The notes under the pieces are model-generated. The model was not told where the DNA came from. It made no database searches and was given only the letters and a program-made list of their open reading frames with translations. A program made the translations under genes and the position numbers. From an uncultured bacterium (lineage in GTDB: Bacteria > Auribacterota > Erginobacteria > Erginobacterales > Erginobacteraceae), in NCBI GenBank assembly GCA_963822585.1, contig CAWGIE010000007.1, positions 209,647-273,646 on the forward strand: DNA of 64,000 nt, read 5' to 3'. Positions within the stretch are counted from its first letter, which is position 1, and every line of letters begins with the position of its first letter. Positions 10,649-21,795 of this stretch are shown here, piece after piece.

Positions 10649-11497
10649 TCACTGTTTTTGACACGACGGGCAATAATGCGCGGTCCGGCCGGCGATCCGC
10701 TCCGTGCTGACGGGAACGCCGCAGGAGGGGCACGGTTTTCCTTTCCGCTGGTAGACGTTGAGGCGGTCCTGAAAGCGTCCCAGTTCACCGGCGGTGGTAA
10801 GGTACCCCCGGTCGGCGGCGCTTGTCCCCTGGAGCCGGATGGCTTCCTTCAATACCTCCCGGATACTCCTGAACAGCCGCTCAATCTCTTTCCCGGTCAG
10901 ATCGCAGCTCTTCCGGAGCGGATGAATCCGCGCCCGGAAGAGCGCTTCATCGGTATAGATATTTCCCAGGCCGGCGATCACCTTCTGGTCGAGGAGGACC
11001 GCCTTGATCGGAGCCCGGCGTTCCCTGACCTTCTCCTCCAGGCGCCCGGGCGTGAAATCTTTCCGGAGGGGTTCCGGGCCCAGCCGGGAAGGATCGACCC
11101 GGACGTCCCCGGCTTTCTCCGAGAAGAGATAAATTTCTCCGAACTTGCGGGGATCGACAAAACAGAGGCGCCCGGCGCCGTCGATCCGCGCAATCAGCCG
11201 GGTATGCGGGGGGAGTTTACCGCGGGGAGGACGGAGGAGAAGCTGGCCGCTCATCCCCAGATGAACGATCAGGGTTTCATCTTCGTTCAGCCGAAAAAGC
11301 AGGTACTTGCCCCGGCGGCGGATATCGATGATCTTTCGTCCGGATAAACGCCGGATGATCCCTTCCCCGCCCGGGTAGCGTCGAAGGAGACGGACCCCCC
11401 GGGGGTCGGGAGGGATGACAACCCGCCGGATGGTTCTTCCCCGGAGACGGGGGAGGAGTTCTCTTCGAATGGTTTCGACTTCCGGCAATTCAGGCAT
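10649..11497 (-). CDS. mutM: Formamidopyrimidine-DNA glycosylase
   Basis: MPELPEVE, RRGKYL, HLGMSG, GLGNIY, C-terminal zinc finger. Confidence 0.97.
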   Translation of the reverse strand: MPELPEVETIRRELLPRLRGRTIRRVVIPPDPRGVRLLRRYPGGEGIIRRLSGRKIIDIRRRGKYLLFRLNEDETLIVHLGMSGQLLLRPPRGKLPPHTRLIARIDGAGRLCFVDPRKFGEIYLFSEKAGDVRVDPSRLGPEPLRKDFTPGRLEEKVRERRAPIKAVLLDQKVIAGLGNIYTDEALFRARIHPLRKSCDLTGKEIERLFRSIREVLKEAIRLQGTSAADRGYLTTAGELGRFQDRLNVYQRKGKPCPSCGVPVSTERIAGRTAHYCPSCQKQ

Positions 11498-11602
11498 TTT
11501 TCATTTTCTCCTATCCTGTTTAACAGGATAGGAGAAAATGAAAAATCAGGGAAGCAAATAGTCGGCGGGACAATCCCGGCGCGGACTCAGAGGCGGGATC
11601 GA

Positions 11603-12955
11603 TCAGGACAGGGCGGCTTCAATAACGTCGGCCTGCTGCAAGCTGCTCCGGGCCCCTTCCCAGTCTCCCAGGTTCTTGTAGGCGCGCGCCAGGACCCGGT
11701 AGCCTTTTATCTTGTCCCGGATAAACTTTTCCGGCGTGCGCTCAAGCTGCCCGTTCAGCATCTCGATCGCCTTCAGGGGATAGCCCTTGAAGATCTCCAC
11801 CTCAGCCTCGGCGACAACGATCCGCGAGTTGTTGGGAAACATCCGGGCCAGTTCTTTCAAAACCCGTCCGGCGGTCGTCATCTCCCGCTCTTCGATCTTC
11901 TCTTCCGCCAGTTGGATGAAGGCAAGGTAGGCGTCGGGAGCGGAATGCAGCGAGCCGGAGAGAAGCCGGCAGAAAGCAGCATCCTCCTCCCGGCCCAAGC
12001 GGCCCTGGGCTTCTCCCAAAAGACGATACCCTCTTTCCAGTTCCCACCGGTAGTAATAGGCCGTGCCCCGAATCCCGGAACGGAGGGCCTCCTCCGCGGC
12101 GGCGTTCTCCCCCTGGAGAAGGGCGATCTCTCCCCGGGCCAGGGCGGCCCGGGAGTTACTGGAATACAGCTTCTCGATCTTTTCCAGGACCGCGGCGGCG
12201 TTCTCCAGGTCTCCTTCCTCGATGGCGAACTCGCAAAGGTTGATCAGGGCGGCAAAGGAGTTCGGCTTCTCCTTCAGAATGATATCGATCTGTTTCCGGG
12301 CGGCGGCATATTTCCTCTGCCGGGCGTAGGCCAGAGCCAGTGTCAACCGGAGTTCGATCGTGCCCTCTTCCAGGGAAAGGGCTTTCTCCAGCCAGTGGGC
12401 GGCCTCCTTAAAGTGATCCGCCTTGAAATGAAATCGGCCCAGGTCGCGGCTGCGGCGGGAGGTGACACCGTATCTTTTTACCAGCTTTTTCAATGCCCGG
12501 AGCGTCCCCGGTATGTCCATGGCCTCTTTGCAGACAAAGACAAGCCTCTCCAGGCTCTTTTCCAGCAGCGGGTCGTCTTCCGGGACCCGGTGGTACATAT
12601 TAACCGCCTTGGTCACCTGGCCGGAGCGAACATAGAGACGCTCCAACTTTTCATAAGCCAGGAAACTATCAGGGAAGAGATTTTTCACCCGGCGCCAGGT
12701 CCGGGCGGCGGCGGTCGAACAGCCCCCCGCCTGCTGGGCCCGGGCCAGATTTTCGAGGAGACCCTGGTCGTCGGGCAGTTCTTTGAGCCCGGCCCGGAGA
12801 ACCCGGGCAGCCTGGCGATGAGACTCCATCCCGATCAGAATACGGGCCATTTGTTTGTATGTTGACGCGCGATCCGGGGTTTCAGCGAGTTCATCACAGA
12901 GTTTTTTCAGCGCGGGATTCAGCATCTTTTTCGGCAGTTGCAGAGTGGTGGTCAT
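11603..12955 (-). CDS. Tetratricopeptide repeat protein
   Basis: Helical TPR-like repeats; GAAGGAG SD before ATG 12955. Confidence 0.75.
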   Translation of the reverse strand: MTTTLQLPKKMLNPALKKLCDELAETPDRASTYKQMARILIGMESHRQAARVLRAGLKELPDDQGLLENLARAQQAGGCSTAAARTWRRVKNLFPDSFLAYEKLERLYVRSGQVTKAVNMYHRVPEDDPLLEKSLERLVFVCKEAMDIPGTLRALKKLVKRYGVTSRRSRDLGRFHFKADHFKEAAHWLEKALSLEEGTIELRLTLALAYARQRKYAAARKQIDIILKEKPNSFAALINLCEFAIEEGDLENAAAVLEKIEKLYSSNSRAALARGEIALLQGENAAAEEALRSGIRGTAYYYRWELERGYRLLGEAQGRLGREEDAAFCRLLSGSLHSAPDAYLAFIQLAEEKIEEREMTTAGRVLKELARMFPNNSRIVVAEAEVEIFKGYPLKAIEMLNGQLERTPEKFIRDKIKGYRVLARAYKNLGDWEGARSSLQQADVIEAALS

Positions 12956-13034
12956 CGTATACTCCTTCGAAATCAGTACCTCGCCCCCGCTCGTGGGGGG
13001 CGAATGAACATGATCTTGCGTCTCCGCAGATCCG

Positions 13035-14399
13035 TCATTGAGAGACGGCGGATAGTTCACGGGCCTGCCGGCGGAAACGGTCGGCTTCATCCGTCATCCC
13101 TTTCTCGCCATACAATTCCGCCATCAGTTCCAGACCTCTGATTTTGTCATTCATGTAACGCGGGTTGTTCTCCTTGCTCGCCCGCTCGGCAAACGAGATC
13201 GCCGCGTCGATCATTCCCCGGATCCGGGCGATCTCCGCTTTCTTGATATAAGCCAGGGAGTTCATCGGGAACCGGGCCAGCAAACCGTCCGCGACCTTCT
13301 CGGCCATATCCAGATTCCCGGCCGCGATCCGCTCGTCGGCGATAGCGATGGTGGTCTTGAAGAAATCGCCGCAGCCCTTGATCCTCTCGGCCATCAGCTT
13401 ATGGTAGCGGGCCTCTTCCTTGTTGCCGAGCGCTTTGTGCGCCTCCGCCTGGACCTGGTGACCAAGGCTTAATTCATCCGTGTAATAGAAGGGAGTGGTG
13501 GAGGCGCCTTGCCGGCAGAGCGCGAGCGCCTCTTCCGGGTGGCCCTGTTTCAAAAGGATATGGGCCCGGTTGATCATGACCCGGGAATTTCCCGGAAAAC
13601 GGATATCGATCTTCTTCAGATGCTGCTCGGCGGAATCAAAGAGCCCGTCCTCGATATCCATCTCCGCCAGCTGGATGTGCGACCCATACCAGCCCGGGCT
13701 GTAGTTTAAAATCGTCTCAAACGTTTTCCGGGCTTTCTTCCGCAGGCCGGATTTGCGCGTGGAGACCCCGATCATCAATTCCAGATCGGGGTTCCGGGGC
13801 TTGAACTTCAATGCCTTCTTGTAATAAACGATCGATTGCCGGAGATTGCCGGTCTTCTCGTAGAGTCGCCCCAGGTCCTTGAGACGCGCGTAATCGGGCC
13901 CGCATTCGGCGATGAGAAGTTTCAGGTCGCGGCGCGCGGAGGTGAAGTTCTGGAGGTCGGTCTCCAGCCTGACCAGCCGCTTGAGGGCGCGTTCCCGCTG
14001 GGGATTTCCCTTCTTGACCGTGCGGTAGATCTTGATCATTTCCTTACCGCGCCCCTGCTTCCGGTACATCCGTTCCAGCCGCTCGTAGAAAATGAGCGTA
14101 TCCGGATATTCCCGTATCAGCTGCCGGTAATTGCGGACGGCCATCCGGGTGTTGCCGGCGGCTTCATACAGCCGGGCAATTTGCTTCTTCGTCTCCCTGA
14201 TCTCTCCGATTTGGTCCGGGGGTATTTTCTTCAAGGCCAGCCGGAGAATGGCAAGCGCTCCGGAGAATCGTTTCCGCTTTTCCATCAGGCGGCTGAGACG
14301 GCGATATCGGGAGAGACGGCCGGGGGTTTGGGAGATGTCTTTCCAGAGCTGAGTCTCTTCACCCGGCTGGAGTGTGACATTGGACGGCAATGTGGGCAT
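13035..14399 (-). CDS. Tetratricopeptide repeat protein (paralog of neighbour)
   Basis: TPR-like repeats; shares NSR, YY..EL..G and DKI.G motifs with 11603-12955. Confidence 0.75.
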   Translation of the reverse strand: MPTLPSNVTLQPGEETQLWKDISQTPGRLSRYRRLSRLMEKRKRFSGALAILRLALKKIPPDQIGEIRETKKQIARLYEAAGNTRMAVRNYRQLIREYPDTLIFYERLERMYRKQGRGKEMIKIYRTVKKGNPQRERALKRLVRLETDLQNFTSARRDLKLLIAECGPDYARLKDLGRLYEKTGNLRQSIVYYKKALKFKPRNPDLELMIGVSTRKSGLRKKARKTFETILNYSPGWYGSHIQLAEMDIEDGLFDSAEQHLKKIDIRFPGNSRVMINRAHILLKQGHPEEALALCRQGASTTPFYYTDELSLGHQVQAEAHKALGNKEEARYHKLMAERIKGCGDFFKTTIAIADERIAAGNLDMAEKVADGLLARFPMNSLAYIKKAEIARIRGMIDAAISFAERASKENNPRYMNDKIRGLELMAELYGEKGMTDEADRFRRQARELSAVSQ

Positions 14400-14493
14400 A
14401 AAAGCAATCCTCTTGCAGAGCAGGGACGTGAAAACAGACCATGCGGTTAAAAAGGGGGGCTATTGTAGCCCATTACAACAATCTGTCAACACG

Positions 14494-14612
14494 TTTTCCA
14501 CAGATTTCCACAACTTTTCCACAGCTTATCCACAATTTTTACTTCTTCAGCCGGCTATTTTCGTTCTCAAAGGGATGAAAAGGGTGAATTACCGTGGATA
14601 AACGGTGGATAA
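14494..14612. other. DnaA-box cluster, candidate oriC
   Basis: TTTTCCACA 14494, ATTTCCACA 14504, TTTTCCACA 14515, TTATCCACA 14526; inverted CGTGGATAA 14593, GGTGGATAA 14604; ~500 bp intergenic region near glmS/mnmG. Confidence 0.6.
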
Positions 14613-14916
14613 ACCGGGGATGACAGGGGGTATCTCTCGTGGATGGGCCAACACATGTATTTATAGGGTTTTCCTTGCCTGATGGTTGCTTGTCAATGAC
14701 CAAATCCGCTCTATGCCCTCTGCGTCCTCCCTCTTATCCTTTCTTTTTGGCAACCTTTCGTAACTTCTCGTAACCTCTCGTAACTTTCAGCACCCACTCC
14801 TCATTCATTCGTCATTTTTAACCCGAGATGACCGAAGGTCATTTTTCGGGTCGAGTTTCGCCATTCTCCGCCAAAGGCGGATCAGCCTCCGGCTGAGGAT
14901 TTAGTCATTTATCCTG

Positions 14917-15144
14917 TCATCCTCCCCCCACCGGCTGGAAAATATGTACATCGTCCCCGTTTTTCAGGATCGTGTCCTCCTGAACCCGTATATTATTGAT
15001 CAGGGCCATCCGGTAGACAGGATCGGGGAGGTGAAGGCGGTCCATCAGTTCCTTCAGGGAGCTGCCCTCCTCGACTTCCAGGGGAAATGAGGGGGAATCC
15101 GCCAGTTTCCGGAAGTTTCCGTAAAGATGTACCGTTATCTCCAT
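14917..15144 (-). CDS. MoaD/ThiS family sulfur carrier
   Basis: 75 aa ubiquitin-like size; GDDVHIFQPVGGG C-terminus. Confidence 0.85.
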   Translation of the reverse strand: MEITVHLYGNFRKLADSPSFPLEVEEGSSLKELMDRLHLPDPVYRMALINNIRVQEDTILKNGDDVHIFQPVGGG

Positions 15145-15455
15145 CTCTATTTACCTGGTTATTTAACTACAACCTGCTTTAATAACCACGAAGGACACCC
15201 CGTACAATGGACTTCATTCATCACGGGGCAGGCTCCGAACACGAAGGATAATAACTAAAAATGCGTATCAGAAAATCAGGGGACCAATAGGAGGGGTTTC
15301 AGGTAATCAGTAGACCAGGTTGATGCCATGGCTATCCTGATAGCCTGGTATCCTGATATTCTTCCTACTGATAACCTGATCACCTGATATCCACTGTAAG
15401 AATAATCGCCCATCCCTTCAATCTTCGGATCTTCCAAAACAAAAACGCTAACTTA

Positions 15456-16322
15456 CTATAGTTGCTGGGTTAACTTAATCCGGGTGAAATTGGCCGACTC
15501 CAGTTCCAGGTAAAGCAGTTCCCCGTTAAGCAGATCTCCCTTCTTCAGGAGCAGCTTGACGACCTCCATCGCCTCCAGGGAGGCGATCACGGCCGGGGTT
15601 ATCGTAGGGGTGCCGAGGACGGATTCAACGCCCCGGGACGGCATCCTTTCTCCCGGCCCGTAGATTGAAGAGAGCGTCTCCTCCCCGGGAAGGATCGTCG
15701 TCACCTGGCCCAGGAAGCCGCCGATCGCGCCGTGGACCAGGGGTATCCGCAAGTCTGCCGCCGCCTGTTCAAGAATCATCCGGATCGCGATCCGGTCCAG
15801 GGCGTCCACCACCAGCTGGACTCCCTCCAGCAGGCTGGGGGCGTTCTCCCGGGTCAGGAAAACCGCCTCTGGTGTGATCTCGACCGCGGAATTGATCTCT
15901 CCGATCCGGCGGGCGGCGACCGCGGCCTTCTCCAGGCCAAGGTCATTCTCCCGGCAGAGAATTTGCCGGTTCAGATTGTCTTCCGTAAAACGCTCCCCGT
16001 CGATGACGGTGAGATGCCCGATCCCCAGCCGGGCCAGCAGTTCGATGACCGTGCCGCCCAACCCCCCGGCCCCGACTACCGCTACCGAAGAAGAAAGCAG
16101 CCGGGCCTGGCCATCCGTCCCCAGTGAAGCAATGTTCCGCCAGTAGCGGATGGGGATGATCCCTTTTGCCAGAGCGGCGATCTCAACTGTCCGTTCAGCC
16201 GTCTTGGTTTCCCGGGCTATCCGCCGGACGTCCGCCAATCCGATGCCGGTATATTCTTCCTTGGTCGAAGTCCTGACCGGATTGCTGAATTTTTCCAGTA
16301 AATTATCGATCGGGGTGGACAT
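15456..16322 (-). CDS. HesA/MoeB/ThiF family adenylyltransferase
   Basis: VVGAGGLG, NLNRQ, DALD. Confidence 0.88.
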   Translation of the reverse strand: MSTPIDNLLEKFSNPVRTSTKEEYTGIGLADVRRIARETKTAERTVEIAALAKGIIPIRYWRNIASLGTDGQARLLSSSVAVVGAGGLGGTVIELLARLGIGHLTVIDGERFTEDNLNRQILCRENDLGLEKAAVAARRIGEINSAVEITPEAVFLTRENAPSLLEGVQLVVDALDRIAIRMILEQAAADLRIPLVHGAIGGFLGQVTTILPGEETLSSIYGPGERMPSRGVESVLGTPTITPAVIASLEAMEVVKLLLKKGDLLNGELLYLELESANFTRIKLTQQL

Positions 16323-16358
16323 TTTTTCTTATCTAATTTTTGCGGAGCAAAAATTATT

Positions 16359-18185
16359 CTACTCGACCGTGACCGATTTCGCCAGGTTCCGCGGTTTGTC
16401 GATGCTGCAGCCCCGTTCCCGGGCGATGTAGTAGGCGAAGAGTTGGAGGGGGACCGTGTTGAGGAGGGGCTGGACGATATCTATCGTTTGAGGAACGTAG
16501 ATGACCTGATCGACATGAGAGGCGATGTGGTTGTCCCCTTCAACGGCGATCGCGATGACTTTTCCGTCGCGGGCCTTGATCTCCTGGATATTATTTACCA
16601 TCTTGTCATAGGTGGAATCGCGGGGCAGGATGGCGACGGTGGGGAAATCGGGATCGATCAGGGAGATGGGGCCGTGCTTCATCTCCCCCGCCGCGTACCC
16701 TTCGGCATGAAGATAAGAAATTTCTTTCAGCTTCAGCGCGCCTTCCATGGCGATGGGGAAATTGTAGAGCCTGCCGATGAAGAGAAAATTATTATAGCGG
16801 GCGTACTCCCGGGCGATCGCTTCGATCTCGGCGGTTTTTTTGAGCATCTTCCGGATCTGGTCGGGAAGACTTTTCAGGGCCCGGGTGATGAAAAGCCCCT
16901 CGGTCAGGGAAAGCCGCTGGTAGCGCCCGATCAGGAGAGCCATCAGGATCAGGATCACGCACTGGGAAAGAAACACCTTCGTCGAGGCCACGCCGATCTC
17001 CGGTCCGGCATGGTTGTACACGCCGGCGTCCGTTTCCTTGGCGATGGTGGAACCGACCACATTGACCAGACCCAGGCAGAGCCCTCCCTTCCGGCGCGCC
17101 TCCCGGACGGCGGCCAGTGTATCCGCCGTCTCCCCCGACTGGGAGATGGCGAGAACGGCCGTCTTGTCGTCAAGCTGCAGGTTCCGGTAGCGGAATTCGG
17201 AGGCAAACTCGACCTCGACGCTGAGATCGGTCAATTTTTCGAAAATATATCGGGCCAGAAGCCCGGCGTAATAGGATGTTCCGCAGGAAACGAAGTGCAT
17301 CTTCTCGATCGATTTCAGCCGGTCCAGCACCCCTTCCAACCCCCCCAGGCGGGAAACTCCCTCCCCTTCCAGGATCCGGCCCCGGAGCGCGTTCTTGACC
17401 GCCTCCGGCTGCTCGAAGATCTCCTTGAGCATGTAATGATCGAAGCCCTGCTTGTCTATCTCCCCATAGTCGCATTCAATCGTCTCCATCTCCCGGACCA
17501 CCTTCCGGTCCTGGAAATCGCTGATGAAGAAATCGTTGCTGTTCAGCACCGCCAGTTCATTGTCGTTGAGATGGATCACCTTGTTGGTATACCGGATCAG
17601 GGCGTTGACATCGGAGGCGGCCAGGAATTCGTTCCTCCCGATCCCCAGGATCAGGGGGGAGCCGCGACGGGCCAGGACTATTTTATCGGGGATATCACGA
17701 TGGAAGAGAGCGATGCCGAACGTCCCCTGGACCCGGCCGAGGGCGTTCTTCACCGCCTCCACCAGATCGTCGTCGTAGTATTCCTCGATCAGGTGGACCA
17801 GGACCTCGGTGTCCGTCTGGGAATTGAAAGTATGCCCCTTCTCGATCAGCTCTTCCTTGAGGGTGAGATAGTTCTCTATGATCCCGTTATGGACCAGGAA
17901 GATCTTGCTGTCGGGACCGGTGTGCGGATGGGCGTTGGCCACCGTGGGGCGGCCGTGGGTGGCCCAGCGGGTATGGGCGATACCCATCCTGCCCCGGGGG
18001 TGGACCTCCCCCACCTTTTCTTCCAGCCGGCTGACCTTCCCCACCTCCTTGACGAGATAGGTCTCCAGGCCGTCGGTGACCGCCAACCCGGCGGAATCGT
18101 ATCCCCGATATTCCAGCCGCCGCAAGCCTTCGAGCAGGATCGGGGTCGCTTCTTGTTTACCGATATAACAGACAATGCCGCACAT
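16359..18185 (-). CDS. glmS: Glutamine-fructose-6-phosphate transaminase
   Basis: MCGIV, LEYRGYDSAG, HTRWATHG, SQSGETADT, PRNLAKSVTVE. Confidence 0.98.
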   Translation of the reverse strand: MCGIVCYIGKQEATPILLEGLRRLEYRGYDSAGLAVTDGLETYLVKEVGKVSRLEEKVGEVHPRGRMGIAHTRWATHGRPTVANAHPHTGPDSKIFLVHNGIIENYLTLKEELIEKGHTFNSQTDTEVLVHLIEEYYDDDLVEAVKNALGRVQGTFGIALFHRDIPDKIVLARRGSPLILGIGRNEFLAASDVNALIRYTNKVIHLNDNELAVLNSNDFFISDFQDRKVVREMETIECDYGEIDKQGFDHYMLKEIFEQPEAVKNALRGRILEGEGVSRLGGLEGVLDRLKSIEKMHFVSCGTSYYAGLLARYIFEKLTDLSVEVEFASEFRYRNLQLDDKTAVLAISQSGETADTLAAVREARRKGGLCLGLVNVVGSTIAKETDAGVYNHAGPEIGVASTKVFLSQCVILILMALLIGRYQRLSLTEGLFITRALKSLPDQIRKMLKKTAEIEAIAREYARYNNFLFIGRLYNFPIAMEGALKLKEISYLHAEGYAAGEMKHGPISLIDPDFPTVAILPRDSTYDKMVNNIQEIKARDGKVIAIAVEGDNHIASHVDQVIYVPQTIDIVQPLLNTVPLQLFAYYIARERGCSIDKPRNLAKSVTVE

Positions 18186-18345
18186 ATTCTATTCCTCTGA
18201 AAAGTATCTATTATTTATATTCCGTAACGGATTGGTTATATTTAATATACCAAATAAAACAAAAATCACCAATCCGAAAGAATATTTTAGCCAACTGCTT
18301 CGGAATTGCAATAAATTGAATAGGAGCAAAGATTACAGAAAGTAT

Positions 18346-18460
18346 ATCAGGGAATCAGGAGATCAGTTGGGAGGATACCAGATAACCAGGAGATCAGAGG
18401 AGGGCGCCCTGATATCCTGGTATCCTGATATTCTTCCCCCTGATACTCTGATAATCTGAT
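18346..18460. repeat. Intergenic inverted (ATCAGG)n/(CTGAT)n repeat; family also ~15267-15390 and ~20866-20990
   Basis: ATCAGGGAATCAGGAGATCAG ... CTGATATCCTGGTATCCTGAT. Confidence 0.65.
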
Positions 18461-18506
18461 ACCCGCTTTACGTTAGCACCAAAGACGCCGATTGATACCC
18501 AATACC

Positions 18507-20414
18507 ATGGCATCAACAGAAAGCAAATTCGACATCATCGTTATCGGTGCCGGGCACGCCGGGATCGAGGCGGCCCTGGCCGGGGCGCGCATGGGCTGTT
18601 CCGTTCTTCTCCTTTCCATGGAGATGGACCGGATCGGGGCCCTCTCCTGCAACCCGGCCGTCGGCGGCCTGGGAAAGGGTCAGCTGGTCAAGGAGATCGA
18701 CGCCCTGGGGGGGGAGATGGCCCGAGCCGCCGACGAATGCGCCCTCCAGTACCGGCGGCTCAATACCCGGAAAGGGCCGGCCGTGCAGGCGACACGGGTC
18801 CAGGTCGACCGCCACCGTTACCAGCTCTCCATGAAGCGGCGGCTGGAATCCCAGCCCCGTCTCCATCTCCGCCAGGGCCGGGTGGAAACCATCATCCGCG
18901 AAAACGGCCGGGTGGGAGGCGTAACCACCAGCCTGGGGGAAGAGTTCCGCTCCGGAATGGTCATCGTCACTCCGGGGACGTTTCTCAACGGACTGATCCA
19001 CGTCGGGATGGAGCACTTCCCCGGAGGGAGGATGGGAGACCCCGCCGCCGGAGGCCTCGCCGCGTCCCTCCGTGAGATCGGGTTCTCCCTGGGACGGTTC
19101 AAGACCGGGACCTGCCCCCGCCTGGACGGCCGGACCATCGACTTCCACCGTCTCGAAATCCAGCCCGGAGACGAACATCCGGTCCCCTTCTCCTTCTCCT
19201 CCCCGCCGGTCACCATCGAGCAGGTCCCCTGCCACATCGCCTGGACCAGCCCCGAGACCCACCGGATCATCCGGGGCGGCCTCGACCGTTCCCCCCTCTT
19301 TTCCGGCGTGATCACGGGGCGCGGCGTCCGCTATTGCCCCAGCATCGAGGACAAGGTCGTCAAATTCGCCGATAAGGACCGCCACCACATCTTCCTGGAG
19401 CCGGAAGGCCGGGAGACCGTCGAGTATTACCCCAACGGGATATCGACCAGCCTCCCGATCGATATCCAGCTCGACCTGATCCACAGCATCGCCGGCCTGG
19501 AAAAAGCCGAGATCGTCCGCCCCGGCTACGGGATCGAACATGACTACGTTTATCCCACCCAGCTGAAACCGACCCTGGAGAGCAAGCTCCTCCCCGGACT
19601 CTACCTGGCCGGGCAGATCAACGGCACCACCGGCTACGAGGAAGCCGCCGCCCAGGGCCTGATGGCGGGGATCAACGCCGCCCTCGCCTTCCGGGGGGAG
19701 GTAGCCTTCATCCTTTCCCGGTCGGAGGCCTATATCGGGGTCCTGATCGACGACCTGGTGACCCGGGGGACCGACGAGCCCTACCGGATGTTCACCTCCC
19801 GGGCCGAGTACCGGCTCCGGCTGCGGGAGGATAATGCCGATCTCCGCCTCCGGGAGACCGCCCACCGCCTGGGTCTCGTTGATGATCGGACAGCGGAAAA
19901 AACCGCGGAAAAGAAGCGGCTGATCGAAAAGGCCGTGGCCAGGCTGGAAGCCGTCACATTGTCGCCGGGCGCGGAGACCGCCCGCGCGCTGGCTGTCCTC
20001 GGGTGCGGCCCGCTCCGCAAGCCGCAGTCCCTGAAAGAGATCCTGCGCCGCCCCGAGATCCGGCTGAGGGACCTGAAAATCTTCGATCCGGAACTGGTGG
20101 GCCTGGACCCGGCGGTGGAGGAGCAGGCGGAGATCATTGTCAAATACGAAGGCTTTCTGGCCCGGCAGGAGGAGGAGATCGGTCGGCTGAAGCGGCTGGA
20201 GGAGATGGCAATCCCTCCGGGTTTCGACTATTCGCTCCCGGGGCTGAAGACGGAACTGAAGGAAAAATTATCGGCCCTGCAGCCGGTAAACCTGGCCCAG
20301 GCCTCCCGGATCCCCGGCGTCACCCCCGCCGCTATTTCCATCCTGATGGTCTATCTTAAAAAAGCCAAAATTAAATTGAACCACGAAGGACACGAAGATC
20401 ACGAAGTAAACTAA
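18507..20414 (+). CDS. mnmG: tRNA uridine-5-carboxymethylaminomethyl synthesis enzyme MnmG (GidA)
   Basis: [50 protein letters not shown]. Confidence 0.98.
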   Translation: MASTESKFDIIVIGAGHAGIEAALAGARMGCSVLLLSMEMDRIGALSCNPAVGGLGKGQLVKEIDALGGEMARAADECALQYRRLNTRKGPAVQATRVQVDRHRYQLSMKRRLESQPRLHLRQGRVETIIRENGRVGGVTTSLGEEFRSGMVIVTPGTFLNGLIHVGMEHFPGGRMGDPAAGGLAASLREIGFSLGRFKTGTCPRLDGRTIDFHRLEIQPGDEHPVPFSFSSPPVTIEQVPCHIAWTSPETHRIIRGGLDRSPLFSGVITGRGVRYCPSIEDKVVKFADKDRHHIFLEPEGRETVEYYPNGISTSLPIDIQLDLIHSIAGLEKAEIVRPGYGIEHDYVYPTQLKPTLESKLLPGLYLAGQINGTTGYEEAAAQGLMAGINAALAFRGEVAFILSRSEAYIGVLIDDLVTRGTDEPYRMFTSRAEYRLRLREDNADLRLRETAHRLGLVDDRTAEKTAEKKRLIEKAVARLEAVTLSPGAETARALAVLGCGPLRKPQSLKEILRRPEIRLRDLKIFDPELVGLDPAVEEQAEIIVKYEGFLARQEEEIGRLKRLEEMAIPPGFDYSLPGLKTELKEKLSALQPVNLAQASRIPGVTPAAISILMVYLKKAKIKLNHEGHEDHEVN

Positions 20415-21077
20415 TATAATTACAGAGAGCACGGAGTCCACGGAGATAAGCTTAGGAGAATCCACCAACCCTATCCCTTTCCCCCTCTCCCCCCATTTTT
20501 TGGGGGGATGAAACGGGGCCTCCTTATCACTTATCCCTTACCTCTTCCCACTGCTTTATCGGGGTGAGGGGGGTGCGACGGTGATATAATTCCCCTCCCC
20601 TTTTTCTTCGTGTTCTTCGTGTACTTCGTGGTGATACCGGGGCGGGGGGAACATCAACTTTCTTGGTGTCTTAGTGTCTTGGTGGTCATCAAAGGGGGCG
20701 AGGTAGGGGAATAATAATTTTCTTCGTGTTCTTCGTGATGATATACTCCTGTCGGTAATGAGTACCGGAGAAAAAAGCATACTGGAGTGAGGGAGTGATG
20801 GAGTAATGGAAAGCCCGCGAGCCCAGTGCCCAACACTCCAGTACTCCCGATCGCTCTGAGAAGCGGATCAGATAATCAGGGGATCAGAATGAAGGGTATC
20901 AGAATATCAGAGGATCAGTCAGGGAGGCCAACCGCCTGATAATCTGATAATCTGATATTCTGCCCACTGATATGCTGATAACCTGATATCCCTTTCGTGG
21001 ATAAATATACAATCTGTTTAATCCCCGGACGTGGCCTCAAAAAGATTAACGTCTAAGATTCTAAGTCTGGACAGATA

Positions 21078-21761
21078 ATGACATCTGAAAAATCCCATTA
21101 CTCTAAGCTTAAAGAACTGGCCTTCGAGCTGGGTTTCTCTTCCTTCGGCGTGGCGGCCCTCCCCGACCTGGAGGAGCTGGCGACCGATCTCTCCCCCGAG
21201 ACCACCCGGAACCTGCAAACCGGGATCTCCCTGGCCGTCCGTCTCTCCGACGCCGTCCTAGAGGACATCGAGGACCATCCCACCCGACTCTATCTTCACC
21301 ACTACCGCCAGGCCAATTACTTCCTGGACCGGAACGCCTTCGAGCTGGCCCAAAAAATCGGGGAGATGGGGGGAAAGGCGCTGGCCATCGGCGCGTCCCA
21401 GAACGTCGACTGGGTGAACCAGCGGGGGCATATACCCCACAAGGAGATCGCCCGCCGGGCCGGACTGGGCTGGATCGGGAGGAACAACCTCCTGGTCACG
21501 CCGGAATGGGGCGCCCGGGTCCGCCTGGTCACGATCCTGACCGACCTCCCCCTCCCCCCCGACCGGCCCCTGGAGCGGGACTGCGGCGACTGCCGGGAAT
21601 GTGTTTCCGTCTGCCCCGCCGGGGCCATCGCCGAGGACCCCGCCGCCTTCGATCACCGCGGGTGTTACGAGCGGCTGACCGTCTTCAAGAACACCCTCAG
21701 CCTCGGCCACCATATCTGCGGCGTCTGTGTCAAAGCCTGCTCCCCTGAGAAGCCGGTTTAA
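21078..21761 (+). CDS. Epoxyqueuosine-reductase-like 4Fe-4S protein
   Basis: AGLGWIGRN, GARVRL, CGDCRECVSVCP, CGVCVKAC. Confidence 0.75.
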   Translation: MTSEKSHYSKLKELAFELGFSSFGVAALPDLEELATDLSPETTRNLQTGISLAVRLSDAVLEDIEDHPTRLYLHHYRQANYFLDRNAFELAQKIGEMGGKALAIGASQNVDWVNQRGHIPHKEIARRAGLGWIGRNNLLVTPEWGARVRLVTILTDLPLPPDRPLERDCGDCRECVSVCPAGAIAEDPAAFDHRGCYERLTVFKNTLSLGHHICGVCVKACSPEKPV

Positions 21762-21795
21762 CGTACCGTTTCGAAATTTCCCCAGTATGGAATCG

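Noticed and set aside
18186..18500. glmS ribozyme upstream of glmS
   Set aside because: The region is an AT-rich divergent promoter plus ATCAGG repeats; no recognisable ribozyme core by eye.
16443..19865. Long antisense ORFs (585 aa opposite glmS, 450 aa opposite mnmG) and similar shadows elsewhere
   Set aside because: Typical shadow frames of GC-rich genes with no recognisable motifs.
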